A DNA stretch of 64,000 nucleotides from Gemmatimonadaceae bacterium (GCA_045803545.1 JBJMOW010000005.1:1152001-1216000); one strand, 5' to 3'. Counted from the stretch's first letter, positions 8,379 to 18,836 are shown. Numbers and translations: made by a program. The notes: generated from the letters alone by a model not told the origin.

Positions 8379-9221
8379 ATGCAAGCTGACATACTGCGTG
8401 CTCCAGTCGGACCGGGAGCGATGCACGTCGATCGGTATGGTCATGGCGGAACTGCGGTGATTCTTCTGCACGGATTCGGAACCTGCAATTTCCTGTGGCG
8501 CGCGATCGCGCCCGCGATCACCGCTGCAGGGCATACCGCTTATTCTGTCGATTTGTTCGGCCACGGCCAATCGGACCGGCCGCTCGACGCCGATTTTGGC
8601 ATCGCCGCGCAGGCAGAGTATCTCGATGCGGCGATGACGGTGCTGCGCGTGTCACGCGCCGTTGTCGTCGGTGTCGATCTCGGCGGTGATGTCGCCATGA
8701 AGCTGGCAGCGAATCGTCCCGAACGCGTCGAAAAACTGGTGTTGATCAACACGCCAGCCTTCGACGAGCTGCCCGCACGGGACATCACTCAGATGCAGCG
8801 TCGTACGGCGCGCTTTGCGTTCAGCCTTCAGCGGGGGGTAATGGGAGCCGCACCACTGCTGGAGGGTGTGCTCAAAGGGAGTGTTGCCGACCCGGAACAC
8901 ATGCCCATGAAGCTCATTGCCCGCTATCTCGCACCCTTTGTAGGGAAGGATGGAGCAAACCATCTCCTAACGCTTGCCAGTGCGGTCCACCGCGGCGATC
9001 TCGATGAGGATGAGTACGGCGAGATAAAAGCGCCCACGTTGATCGTCTGGGGCGACGAAGACCGTTGGGTCGACCCAAAACTAGCTGATCGACTGGCCAA
9101 TTCGATTCCGGAAGCAAGGCTCGTCAGGTTGGCGGGGGTGGCGAGGCTCGTTCCTGAGGAAAACCCCGAACATCTCTCGGAATTGCTACTCGATTTTATC
9201 AAACGACGAGCAGCGGCATGA
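8379..9221 (+). CDS. Alpha/beta fold hydrolase
   Basis: LLHGFG, DLFGHGQS, GVDLGG elbow, IVWGDEDRW. Confidence 0.85.
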   Translation: MQADILRAPVGPGAMHVDRYGHGGTAVILLHGFGTCNFLWRAIAPAITAAGHTAYSVDLFGHGQSDRPLDADFGIAAQAEYLDAAMTVLRVSRAVVVGVDLGGDVAMKLAANRPERVEKLVLINTPAFDELPARDITQMQRRTARFAFSLQRGVMGAAPLLEGVLKGSVADPEHMPMKLIARYLAPFVGKDGANHLLTLASAVHRGDLDEDEYGEIKAPTLIVWGDEDRWVDPKLADRLANSIPEARLVRLAGVARLVPEENPEHLSELLLDFIKRRAAA

Positions 9222-9301
9222 ACCTTTCTCCTGTGAAAAGTGTCTCAAAAACAGTAGATTACCAGACACGATTTTCACCGGATTTTCTCCAACCGAGATT
9301 G

Positions 9302-9565
9302 ATGAACACCACCACTAAAAACAGATTCCGGAAGGAGCCAGTAAGGGTAGTAAGTCCGTTTGCGGAAGCCAGGGACGAGCTGTTTCAGCAGATCATGCGT
9401 TGCGGAGTTATCGACGCGGCAGCTGAGGACCAGAAGGATTGGTTCGACAACACGTTGCAATACCTGGCTGATCGCTATCACGAACTGGCACCTTCGGAGC
9501 TAGATGAGCTTAGGGTACTCGGCGAGCGTTTCGCTCAGCCGCCCAAGGCGAGAAAAGCAGTCTGA
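9302..9565 (+). CDS. Hypothetical small protein
   Basis: Coding-like ORF followed by terminator; start could be 9218. Confidence 0.6.
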   Translation: MNTTTKNRFRKEPVRVVSPFAEARDELFQQIMRCGVIDAAAEDQKDWFDNTLQYLADRYHELAPSELDELRVLGERFAQPPKARKAV

Positions 9566-9569
9566 TTAG

Positions 9570-9595
9570 AGGGGCGCGAAGAGGCGCCCCTTTTT
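9570..9595 (+). terminator. Intrinsic terminator
   Basis: AGGGGCGC-GAAGAG-GCGCCCCT followed by T-run. Confidence 0.75.
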
Positions 9596-9599
9596 GTTG

Positions 9600-10091
9600 C
9601 TACCTCCGAGCGTTGATGCCGCGTCGAAGGCCAACGCCGATGCGCGCACCTCCGCCGAGGCCTGCCTCGATTGTCGGTACCCAACCGGACGTACGCCCTA
9701 GCGGCAGCGGGCCCTCGAGGCCGACGACCACCAACAGATACGCTCGCGAACCGCCATCCTCCTCGCTGCGATACCGGCCGCTAATTCCTCCAGCACCGTA
9801 CAGTGCCCACCGCGATTGGCGGAATGGATCCAGGCTGAAGCGCGACAGTAAGTCGGTGCGTCCCTCCACACCGTGGCGACCAACGCCCAACCCAGTGATG
9901 AATCCTGTGCGAGCGTAGATGCCTGACGGGATGCTTATCCCGAAACCGGCTTCGACTCCGCTGGTCCGCGCGAAGAGTCCGTCAACGCGCCATTCGGTCT
10001 GTACCTGTTGTTGGGGAGTCTGCGCTCCCATTCGGACGCTGGCAGCACAGAACGCGAAGCAGGAACCCAGCCGGAAGAGCGCCTTGAGCAC
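9600..10091 (-). CDS. Hypothetical exported beta-rich protein
   Basis: Signal-like N-terminus; Gly-rich amphipathic strands. Confidence 0.55.
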   Translation of the reverse strand: MLKALFRLGSCFAFCAASVRMGAQTPQQQVQTEWRVDGLFARTSGVEAGFGISIPSGIYARTGFITGLGVGRHGVEGRTDLLSRFSLDPFRQSRWALYGAGGISGRYRSEEDGGSRAYLLVVVGLEGPLPLGRTSGWVPTIEAGLGGGARIGVGLRRGINARR

Positions 10092-10094
10092 GAA

Positions 10095-10628
10095 TCAGGC
10101 AATGGTAGAGCGCGTGCGTCCCCGCCACAGCGCAATCGTGTAGTCAACGATCGATGCGGCAGAAACGACTGCGATGGTGAGGATCATTAAGTCAGTGAGC
10201 TCGGGCAGAATCGGGATCGTCACCAGCGCAATCAGCTGAAATACGGTGACAATCTTTCCCAACATTCTCGCCCTGAACACGGCTGGACGCAGCGTTGGAA
10301 TAATTTTGGCGACTAGGAATCCGACTGCCGTCGCGATGTCGCGTGTCAGGAACAGGAAATACTGGCCGGTTGTGAGCTGACCCTCAACGAGGTAAGTGGA
10401 AATCGCAACGAAAACGAAGACGCGATCGGCGAGCGGATCGATCAGCGCACCGGCAGTCGATTCCGTTTTGCGGTGGCGCGCCAGCCAGCCGTCCATGAAG
10501 TCGGTGAAGCCGGCGACCGCAATCAACACCACGCGAGCCCACGCGTCGGGTACGAGCACGAATGCGAGCGCCAGCACAATGCGCGACAGCGAGATCGTGT
10601 TCGGAAGCGTGACCAGACCGCGTGGCAT
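10095..10628 (-). CDS. CDP-alcohol phosphatidyltransferase family protein
   Basis: LPNTISLSR; TDFMDGWLAR...GALIDPLAD signature. Confidence 0.9.
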   Translation of the reverse strand: MPRGLVTLPNTISLSRIVLALAFVLVPDAWARVVLIAVAGFTDFMDGWLARHRKTESTAGALIDPLADRVFVFVAISTYLVEGQLTTGQYFLFLTRDIATAVGFLVAKIIPTLRPAVFRARMLGKIVTVFQLIALVTIPILPELTDLMILTIAVVSAASIVDYTIALWRGRTRSTIA

Positions 10629-10724
10629 GCGAGCGAAAAGTACCCGTGCGTTACGGCGCGTGCCAGCGCACACCAGCATGCGAACCTGCTTGCGGGTGAC
10701 TCACTGCGTGTCTAGGTTCGCTCG

Positions 10725-12251
10725 ATGAGCTCGCACAGGCTGTTGGGCGCGCTGTATCTCGCCCTCTCCATTGCGATGATCGCGTGGGACATCCTGAGAG
10801 CGGGTCGCATCGCGCAGCTGCGACGCATGCCGCGCGGCTTCCAGGCGATCACCGGCATAGCGGGATTGCTGCTCGTCCCCGCACTGGTCGTCGCGTACAC
10901 GTCGGTGTCGCTTCTCTACGGCCGTGCGATCTATCTGGTCTCGTGGCTGTGGCCGTTCACCGCGCTGCTGTTCGTTGTCCAGGCCATCTATGCACTTACT
11001 CGCCGGCTCGTCACACCGGCCCTTGGCTTTCCGCTGCTGGTGTACAACACGATCATCGCGGTCGTCGCCATCACGAAATTCATGATTTCGCGCGGCTTGA
11101 CGCCGCTCGATTTCGGTCTCGCTCTCAATGCCGCACAGGCGAGCATGCTTGGAAGCGTTTTCGGCACCCCCGCGTTGTGGAATCCCATATACCTGCAGGT
11201 GCCGATTTTCGCCCCATCACTGCCGGCGCGCTGGGGAGTCACCCGCCTCGCGCGCGTGGCGATGGCCGGCGCCGCGATCGCGCTGACTGCGTTGCTGCTG
11301 GTAGAGCTGCCCGGTGCATACGCAGCCGTCAAGAGCTACGCGATATACTCGGCCGTACGCTTGCAGGAACATCCCGAAGGCGATTTCAAGCTTGGGCTTA
11401 AAGTCTTCCCCGACCTTCGCAGCGGACCGCCGCCGGTCGGGCTCGACGACGATCTTTCACTCGCCGACACCCTCGACATCGACGCGATAAGTGTCGTCGT
11501 CGATCCGGAAGGGGCGCGCGGGATTGCGCTCGATTCACTCGCGCGGTCGATCGAACAGTCGCGATCCGACAGCACCGTTCTGATCGTCGCGCTCGGCTAC
11601 CCCAAAAAGGGGGCTGACGAGTTCAAGCGCTCGCGCGAAGCATACACGACAGCTCGCCTGAAAGACGTCGATCAGATTGCTCGCCGACTGAAGCCCGACT
11701 ACCTCATTCCTGCGACCGATCCGACCGAAGAGGGATTTCGGATACTCGGCAGTCAGGATCCCACGTATTGGATCGATTATTTCACGCGTGCAGCACGGCT
11801 CGCACACTACATCTATCCACGCATCAAAGTCGCGGTACCAATGAGCAGTTATGGAACGCGCGACAGCATCCTGTACGCCTGGGCAGCGCGACCCGGCTCA
11901 CCGATCGACGTAGTGGGCTTCTCGCTGCTCGCGGGCTTCGACGGTGCGCGCTCGATGGACACCGACATGCGAGTTGCGCGGCGATGGATGCAGCAATTCC
12001 CGAAACCCAAAGAGCATTGGGTGTTCGCGACCGGTGGCTACCCGTTGGTCCATGGCGAAATGAGTCAACTGCGCGCGGTTTGGGGGACGCTTGCCTGGGC
12101 GACTGCGCAGGCTCCGATCAAGGGGTTGGTTGTGTACGAGGGCGGAGACTACAACACGGTGCGCGGCATTCGCGCATCCGGCGGACGGTTGCGCCCCGTC
12201 TTCGACAAGCTGGTTCAAGCCGAGAAAGGACTCCGCGCCAGTCCCCAGTAA
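10725..12251 (+). CDS. Membrane protein with C-terminal soluble (possible TIM-barrel/GH-like) domain
   Basis: About 5-6 N-terminal TM helices then ~300 aa of alternating beta/alpha. Confidence 0.65.
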   Translation: MSSHRLLGALYLALSIAMIAWDILRAGRIAQLRRMPRGFQAITGIAGLLLVPALVVAYTSVSLLYGRAIYLVSWLWPFTALLFVVQAIYALTRRLVTPALGFPLLVYNTIIAVVAITKFMISRGLTPLDFGLALNAAQASMLGSVFGTPALWNPIYLQVPIFAPSLPARWGVTRLARVAMAGAAIALTALLLVELPGAYAAVKSYAIYSAVRLQEHPEGDFKLGLKVFPDLRSGPPPVGLDDDLSLADTLDIDAISVVVDPEGARGIALDSLARSIEQSRSDSTVLIVALGYPKKGADEFKRSREAYTTARLKDVDQIARRLKPDYLIPATDPTEEGFRILGSQDPTYWIDYFTRAARLAHYIYPRIKVAVPMSSYGTRDSILYAWAARPGSPIDVVGFSLLAGFDGARSMDTDMRVARRWMQQFPKPKEHWVFATGGYPLVHGEMSQLRAVWGTLAWATAQAPIKGLVVYEGGDYNTVRGIRASGGRLRPVFDKLVQAEKGLRASPQ

Positions 12252-12275
12252 CTCGGGTAACGAAGAGCGGCCGCG

Positions 12276-14885
12276 CTAGACTGTGCGGCCAACTCCGCGC
12301 ACGATTCCTTCCACGCGCTTTTCCGGGTCGAAGTACTTCCGCGCCAGTTCTCTCATCTGCTCGGCGGTCACAGAGCGCACATTGTCGTCGTGCTCGAGCA
12401 GCTCGTGCAGGCCTTCGCCGAACATCCAGGCATCGAGCATTTCACCCAGCTGAGCGCCGCCGCTTTCCTGCGCGATGGCGTGCGAACCAACCAGATATTC
12501 TTTCGCCTGATTCAGTTCGTCAGAAGTTACCGGGGCCTCGCGCAACTTTGCGAATTCCTTGAGCAGCCCCGCCCGCGCGACTCCTTCCTTCTCCGGAGAT
12601 GTCGCAATGTACGAAATGAAGATGCCGGCAAGCCTTTTCTCGCTCGCGGCCGCGTGCACTGTATACGCCAGTGATTGACGATCGCGAAGTTCGTCGAAGA
12701 ACCGACCTCCCAGTCCGCTTGCGAGTGTCCCAATCAGCGTTGCGGCAAATCGCATATCCTCGGTTCGCGATGGAGCCGGAAACGCCAGCGTCATCGCCGT
12801 CTGCGCCTTGTCGCGCGATTCCGCGGCGATCTTTACGCGCTTCGGCCAACGCGGCTTCCCTGCCTTTGGAGGCCGGCTTGCCTCGAGTGAGTGAAACTCG
12901 CGCGCAACGAGATTGGCTGCCTGTTGAGGATCCACGTCAGCGACTATGCCAATCACTGCCGCCGAATCCATCACGTGCACCCGATGCCACTCGCGGGCTT
13001 CTTCGACTCTCATTCCGCGCAGCGAGTCCTCGCTTCCCATCGTCGGCACGCCATAGGGATGACCTGCGAATGCGGCGGTCATCGCCAGACGCAGAGGATA
13101 GCGGAACATGTCGTCGCGCAGCATCGCCAGATTCGAGAGCGCGACCGTCCTCTCGGTCTCGAAATCTTCCTGCGGAAACGTTGGCCGCTGGATGACATCG
13201 CCCATCAACTCCAGGGCTTCCCCGAGTCGCTCGGTTGGCACTGAGAACGACCAGCCAAAACTGTCGCTGCCTACGCTCGCCGAGATGGTACCGCCGAGCA
13301 TCTCGGAGTCTTCCGCGATCTGCGAGGCGCTGCGCGAGGTGGTGCCTTTCAAGATCGACCGCGCGGTCAATAACGTGAGTCCCGCTTTCTCGGCCTCTTC
13401 CTCGAGCGCCCCTCCGACGATGTAGACCGCGATGTTCGCGATCGGTGATCCCGACTTTCGCCGAACCAGAATTGGGATGCCGTTTTCGGTTCTAAAGACC
13501 GACACACCCGCCTTTTCGCTCTCGAAGGTCGCCGTGTGTTCTTCGGCGCGCGGCGCAGTTTTGCGCGCCGGAATCTCGGGCAGGCGCTCCGTACCACCCT
13601 CACCAAGCAAGCGCTTCATGTCGGCAGCGTCCTGCGCTACCACTGGCGAGTTGGACGGGCGGTAGATCAGGGAGGCCGCTTTCTCCTCCGGAAGGTGCTC
13701 ACGCACGACACGCTGCACATCATCAGCAGTTACCGATAAGTAGCGTCGGAAATAGTCGTCGCCGAGCTGCCAGCCGCCGAGCGCTTCCCATTCAGCGAGG
13801 TAATTGGCCCGGCCTTCTGCCGTCTCGAAGCGGCGCAGCCAGCGCGCCTCGAAAATCCGCCGCACACGCGCCAGCTCGCTGTCATCCACCAAACCAACGC
13901 GCACTTGATGCAGCTGATCCCAGATCACACGTGCTGCATCGACAGTCGTCTCCGGCTCGGTCTCCGCGTGCACCACGAACACGCCGAGCTCGGTGGGCGT
14001 GTAGTCATAGGCGCTGACCGAGGAGGCGAGCTTTCTCTCACGCACCGCTCGATAGAGCCTGGACGCGCGACCAGTGCCGAGTAATGCGGCCGTTACATCG
14101 AGCGCCGCTGTGTCCGCGTCCAATGTGCCCGGCGTTCGCCAACCAAACAGCAGCTGACTTTGCGCGATGTCGCCGGCCAGCTCACGGTATCGAAATCCGG
14201 TATGGTCCGGTTCGCTCGGCCCGGGTCGGCGATTGGGGTCACCGCTTTGCAAACCGCCATAAAACTCTTCAACGCGACGTAACGCCTCGGCCTCATCGAC
14301 ATCGCCCGAGATGACAAGGATCGTGTTGCTGGGACGATAAAAATTCCGGTAGAAGCCATTCATCAAATCGCGCGTGAACGCGCGCAGACCCGGCTCTCGA
14401 CCGATGCGCCAGCGCCGCATCCTATGTACATCGTGTAGCACTTCGTACAAAGTCTCAGTGGCGACCGCGCTGGGGGAATCCGATTTGCGCTTTGCCTCCT
14501 GAATGATGACCTCCATCTCTTTCGCGAGATCCCGGCCGTCGATCACCGAGTTCGCATACGCATCGGCCTGGATCTCCAGACCTTTGGCGAAGCTGCTCGA
14601 CGGCAACACCGTGTAGTACGCGGTGTTGTCGTAGATCGTGTGCGCGTTGAGGTAGCCGCCGCTCGCTTTGGTCTCTTTCGCGATCTCTCCGACGCCGCGC
14701 TTCTGCGTTCCTTTGAAGAACATGTGCTCGAGCGCGTGAGCGAGCCCATTCTCTTCGTCCGTTTCGTCGAAATAGCCCGCCTTCACATATGTGACGATCG
14801 CGACGACTGGCGCGGACCTATCCTCTTGGACGAGAACGGTAAGACCGTTGGGCAGGATGGTGCGATGAACGCTTTGTTGATCCAT
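12276..14885 (-). CDS. M16 family zinc protease (pitrilysin-like, two halves)
   Basis: HALEHMFFKG (HxxEH); RFFDELRDRQSLAY. Confidence 0.92.
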   Translation of the reverse strand: MDQQSVHRTILPNGLTVLVQEDRSAPVVAIVTYVKAGYFDETDEENGLAHALEHMFFKGTQKRGVGEIAKETKASGGYLNAHTIYDNTAYYTVLPSSSFAKGLEIQADAYANSVIDGRDLAKEMEVIIQEAKRKSDSPSAVATETLYEVLHDVHRMRRWRIGREPGLRAFTRDLMNGFYRNFYRPSNTILVISGDVDEAEALRRVEEFYGGLQSGDPNRRPGPSEPDHTGFRYRELAGDIAQSQLLFGWRTPGTLDADTAALDVTAALLGTGRASRLYRAVRERKLASSVSAYDYTPTELGVFVVHAETEPETTVDAARVIWDQLHQVRVGLVDDSELARVRRIFEARWLRRFETAEGRANYLAEWEALGGWQLGDDYFRRYLSVTADDVQRVVREHLPEEKAASLIYRPSNSPVVAQDAADMKRLLGEGGTERLPEIPARKTAPRAEEHTATFESEKAGVSVFRTENGIPILVRRKSGSPIANIAVYIVGGALEEEAEKAGLTLLTARSILKGTTSRSASQIAEDSEMLGGTISASVGSDSFGWSFSVPTERLGEALELMGDVIQRPTFPQEDFETERTVALSNLAMLRDDMFRYPLRLAMTAAFAGHPYGVPTMGSEDSLRGMRVEEAREWHRVHVMDSAAVIGIVADVDPQQAANLVAREFHSLEASRPPKAGKPRWPKRVKIAAESRDKAQTAMTLAFPAPSRTEDMRFAATLIGTLASGLGGRFFDELRDRQSLAYTVHAAASEKRLAGIFISYIATSPEKEGVARAGLLKEFAKLREAPVTSDELNQAKEYLVGSHAIAQESGGAQLGEMLDAWMFGEGLHELLEHDDNVRSVTAEQMRELARKYFDPEKRVEGIVRGVGRTV

Positions 14886-14912
14886 TTCTAACGGTAATTG
14901 CTTTGGGCTGGC

Positions 14913-15650
14913 CTAGTCTGCGAGCGATCCGTAGCGCAACAGCACGAGCCCGAGGGCGAAGCAGAGCAAGCCATAGCCAACCAGCCAGACGACGTCGCTC
15001 GATTGTGCCGAGCCAGTTCCGATCAAGGAGTTTGCCACGTCATCGAGGCGATGGACGGGCGGGAGAATCTCTACGAGCTTTCCTTTCCAGCCAGCCCGCG
15101 GCCCGCTGTAGATGGCGCGCAACATTCGCGAGCCGAGCCAGACGGCGGCGAGACTCAGCCAGTCGTAGCGAGTGGCCACTGAAAGAAAAAAGCCGATGCC
15201 GCCCATCGCGAGGTACACAAGCGTCGCGTACAGAACGAAGTAGTAGACGTTGAAGCTGGGGAGGATCGTGCGCAGCAGCACGGACAAAACCGCCATGATC
15301 AGCAGTACGCCTACCATGTAGACCACGAAGGCCTGCGCGTAGTAGAGAACGCGATTGATCGGCTTTGCAAACAGAAACCTGTAGTAGCCGTTCTTGCGGT
15401 CACTCGAAACAATGCCATTCATCGCGATCAGCACCGACACCGATACGACTGCCGAGGTGATCTGCAGCACTATCCCCCAAATCGGCGAGCCGACTGCCAC
15501 TGGAACTGGCGATTGAGGATTCATCGCCGCGCGCAGGGGTGCGAGCAATGTGTAGCCCCACAGCAATCCGATGACCGCGATGCCGATCCCGTGCTGCATG
15601 AAGAAATCGCGGAACTGCCACAATGAGTATTTGCCGAGTCTCCCCCTCAC
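14913..15650 (-). CDS. ABC transporter permease-like membrane protein
   Basis: ~6 TM; DRKNGYYRFLFAKPINR; overlaps ATPase stop. Confidence 0.75.
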   Translation of the reverse strand: MRGRLGKYSLWQFRDFFMQHGIGIAVIGLLWGYTLLAPLRAAMNPQSPVPVAVGSPIWGIVLQITSAVVSVSVLIAMNGIVSSDRKNGYYRFLFAKPINRVLYYAQAFVVYMVGVLLIMAVLSVLLRTILPSFNVYYFVLYATLVYLAMGGIGFFLSVATRYDWLSLAAVWLGSRMLRAIYSGPRAGWKGKLVEILPPVHRLDDVANSLIGTGSAQSSDVVWLVGYGLLCFALGLVLLRYGSLAD

Positions 15651-16558
15651 GACGATTCCCCAACCGCTTCGCGGAATTGCTGTTCGAGCACGGAGCGTTC
15701 AGGCACCACGCTCGCTATCAGCCCACCGCGACTTATGAGATTCGCGATTGACGCATTGAGCTCTTGGATGCTCTGCACCGTCACATCGTACTCTCCCCTT
15801 CCAGCGTCCTCGGCGGAGGGGAAAATCGATTGCACGAGGTCAAACCCGCTCACCAGTGTCAGACGGAAACGCGTCGCAACAGGCGCCGCGGACTCGTATC
15901 CGGTGCTGACCACGCGCTGCAGTCGTCCGCGATCGATGATCGCCACTCTGTCCGCCAATCGCTGTAGCTCGTCGAGATTGTGTGACGCGATGAGCATGGT
16001 GCGGTCAGGTCGCCGCAACTCCCCAACAATGTCGCGGAAGCGCTGGGTCCAGACGGGATCGAGCCCGTGGGTCGGCTCGTCGAGCACCAGGATTCGCTCG
16101 TCGCGCAGGAGCGCCTGCGCCAATCCTAATCGTTGCAGATTTCCCTTCGACAAAGCTTTCACTTTCTTGTCGCGATGCTCACCGAGTCCAAGCAGATCGA
16201 TCACGTACTCGACCCGACGCGGAATCTCGTCATCCGAAAGGCCGGCGAGGATCGCGCTCCGCTTGAGCGTCGATTCTGCTTTCCACCTTGGATTGATCGA
16301 AATCAGCTCGGAGAGGTAGCCGATGCCGTTCTGCTCGACGTAGGTGCGCGCAAGCCGGCCGCTGATTTCAATCGTGCCGGTCGTCGGTCTGAGATAGCCG
16401 AGCATCATGGAGATCAGAGTGCTCTTGCCGGCGCCATTGGGGCCGGCGATGCCGAGTATCTCGCCTTCGTTGACTACTAACGAAAACTCCTCGACCGCTT
16501 GTACAGAGTTGCCGAGGAGTGATTTGTATGTCTTCCCGACGTTCCTGAACTCGATCAC
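15647..16558 (-). CDS. ABC transporter ATP-binding protein
   Basis: GPNGAGKS, LSKGN, ILVLDEPT, SH; GTG start overlapping upstream TGA. Confidence 0.92.
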   Translation of the reverse strand: MIEFRNVGKTYKSLLGNSVQAVEEFSLVVNEGEILGIAGPNGAGKSTLISMMLGYLRPTTGTIEISGRLARTYVEQNGIGYLSELISINPRWKAESTLKRSAILAGLSDDEIPRRVEYVIDLLGLGEHRDKKVKALSKGNLQRLGLAQALLRDERILVLDEPTHGLDPVWTQRFRDIVGELRRPDRTMLIASHNLDELQRLADRVAIIDRGRLQRVVSTGYESAAPVATRFRLTLVSGFDLVQSIFPSAEDAGRGEYDVTVQSIQELNASIANLISRGGLIASVVPERSVLEQQFREAVGESS

Positions 16559-17787
16559 AAGGGCGGCGGCGCGGCGGTTGGTGTCGCCGGCTGCAGGCAA
16601 TTTTGCCACGCTCCGGTACCGGCGTTGGTAATGAACTTCGTTCCTTCCGGAACCCGGCCCAGCCGCATCAACGTGCAACCGAGATATCCCTGTGATGCGC
16701 GATCCTGCGGATTCGTTGTTACGGCTCGCACCAGGAATCGCCGCGCGAGATCGTACTGTCGACTGGCAAATAGTACGAGACCCATCTCGCGGAGCGCGTT
16801 GGTGTTCTTTGGCTCCACCCGCAGTGCAGTGTCAAGCTCGGCGCGCGCAGTGGCGAGATCGCCATCGTTGCGAGCGAGCCGCGCCAGAAAAATGTGAGGG
16901 GTGGCAGAATTCGGATCGTCCTTCACTGCTTTGGCGAAGTTGCCGCGAGCGGTTTCGTTTTGGCCGTTTTTCATCGCTGCAATGCCGGCAGTCATGCTGT
17001 CGCTGGTACCGCCGCCACGACCGAACAGGAAGTAGCCGCCGATCAGAATCAGCGCGGCGACGGCAATACCAATCCACACTGGGAGCGAAATGTTCGGAAA
17101 GCGACTCCGGCTCTGTGCTGCCGCGAGGGCATGCTCGACCTGACCGCGTCCAACGCCGCCGCCGCCGGGCGGCGTCTTGTCGGCGCTCATCGACCTTCCC
17201 TCTGACATGAAGGCTCCCGGCATCTCAATCGTGGGCGGTCCCGCCATCTTGCGCCCGGCATAAGCCGGCGGCTGGCGATAGCCACCGCCAGCTGACGGCG
17301 GCGCATAAGGTGATGCTGGTTGGGACGGTGGCGGAGGCGGCGGAGGTGGAGCGGCTGGACGCGAGCGCGGGGTGTACGCAGCCTGGAGCGGACTGCTGGG
17401 TGTGGGACGCGAGCTCGAGGATGTCGGTGATTTCGCGCCGCTCAATCCCGATTCGAGGGCTTTGAATCCATCGACCGCGGCGTCCCCGTCCGCCTGCGTC
17501 GGCTTATAACTCGTGCGATTGGCGCGGTCTCGCGCCGCGAGAAACTCGAGAAGAGAGTGCGCCTGATCGAGCGTGATGACTTCCGCCTGTCGCGCGGCGC
17601 GAATCAACTGCTGGCCGCTGAGGGACGAGTTGCCGACGAGAGTCTGGAGGGCCGCCTCGACACCCGTCCACAAGTCGATGATGTCGGCGGCGAGATCTTC
17701 CGCCGAACGCGGTTGATCGAAGTGGGCCAGGACGGGGCGCGCGCCATTCAATGAGGCGAGCGCCGCCTGGTTGTTCTGAGGACTCAT
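16555..17787 (-). CDS. Bitopic membrane protein: helical N-domain, Pro-rich linker, TM, TPR domain
   Basis: PPPPPPPP linker, single TM (WIGIAVAALILIGGYFLF), C-terminal TPR repeats. Confidence 0.75.
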   Translation of the reverse strand: MSPQNNQAALASLNGARPVLAHFDQPRSAEDLAADIIDLWTGVEAALQTLVGNSSLSGQQLIRAARQAEVITLDQAHSLLEFLAARDRANRTSYKPTQADGDAAVDGFKALESGLSGAKSPTSSSSRPTPSSPLQAAYTPRSRPAAPPPPPPPPSQPASPYAPPSAGGGYRQPPAYAGRKMAGPPTIEMPGAFMSEGRSMSADKTPPGGGGVGRGQVEHALAAAQSRSRFPNISLPVWIGIAVAALILIGGYFLFGRGGGTSDSMTAGIAAMKNGQNETARGNFAKAVKDDPNSATPHIFLARLARNDGDLATARAELDTALRVEPKNTNALREMGLVLFASRQYDLARRFLVRAVTTNPQDRASQGYLGCTLMRLGRVPEGTKFITNAGTGAWQNCLQPATPTAAPPPL

Positions 17788-18836
17788 CTCAGGATGCGCA
17801 AAAGGCCTGCATCCGCGCTACGTCGAATGAAGCTCTCTGCATCCTGCTCCGGTTTCGGACTTTCCTTGAGGCAATTTGCATCGCGCATCTTGTCGACGAT
17901 TTCTTCCCAGGTCCCTTCAAATGTGTTGCCATCGTCGGTCTTAATGCGGTGGTTCTCGGGGATCGCTTTGGTCTCGGTGAAGCTCGAAAGCAGCGCGCCG
18001 AACAATTCCAGCTGCCCCTTCGCCTCGGTCTGGGCCGTCTCCATCGCCTTTGCTTCGATCTCGGCGAGCATCTCGTCGATGTCATCGAGCTCGCCCGACA
18101 GATCACGCAGTCTGTCCTCCCAAGGACGGAGCTCTGGATCGTTGTCACGCAGCCGATAGATCATTTTCTTCAGCTCAATCAATCTCCAAATGCCCAGCTC
18201 GTCCCAGTGATCGTCGGGCGATGAGCGGTCGAGATGATAGAGTGCGGCTTCGTAATCGCCGCGATCGTAAAAAATGTTGCCCAGATAAATGCGGGCTTCA
18301 GTGTGATCGGGATCCATCTGGAGCGCGCGGCGCAGCGTAGCAATCGCCGATTCGTCGTTGCCCAGTCGGTGCTCGGCGTAACCGATGCACGAGACTGCTT
18401 CAGCTGCGTCCGGTGTCTGCTGCGCGGCGATCTCGAAGAATTCCTTCGACTCCTCGATCATGCCTTCGCGGAAAAGCGCGCGACCGATCTGCAGCATCAG
18501 CTCGACGTCGTCCTGGTAACCAAGCTCGAGGCAGCGGCGAAAATTGCGCACCGCGTACTCGTCCTGTCCGAATTTCAAGAGTGTCTCACCGAGTCCGGCG
18601 AGCGCGTCCTCGTGGTCCGGATCGAGAACGAGCGCTTCTTCGAAGCTGCGCCGGGCCCACGCGTACTCTTCGCGTGCGTGGTGTGCGTAGCCAACCCCTA
18701 TGTGGAGCTCTACCGAGTTCGGGTAGAGGCCGAGTCCTTCTTTAAGTACGTCAAGCGCTTCGTCGTACTGGCCTTCGTTGTATAGCTGATGCGCTCGTTC
18801 GTCGTACTCTTCAGAACTCAAAAAAGGTGTTGGCAT
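17784..18836 (-). CDS. Tetratricopeptide repeat protein (cytoplasmic, acidic)
   Basis: Multiple TPR consensus repeats (ALVLDPDH, ALQMDPDH). Confidence 0.85.
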   Translation of the reverse strand: MPTPFLSSEEYDERAHQLYNEGQYDEALDVLKEGLGLYPNSVELHIGVGYAHHAREEYAWARRSFEEALVLDPDHEDALAGLGETLLKFGQDEYAVRNFRRCLELGYQDDVELMLQIGRALFREGMIEESKEFFEIAAQQTPDAAEAVSCIGYAEHRLGNDESAIATLRRALQMDPDHTEARIYLGNIFYDRGDYEAALYHLDRSSPDDHWDELGIWRLIELKKMIYRLRDNDPELRPWEDRLRDLSGELDDIDEMLAEIEAKAMETAQTEAKGQLELFGALLSSFTETKAIPENHRIKTDDGNTFEGTWEEIVDKMRDANCLKESPKPEQDAESFIRRSADAGLLRILR

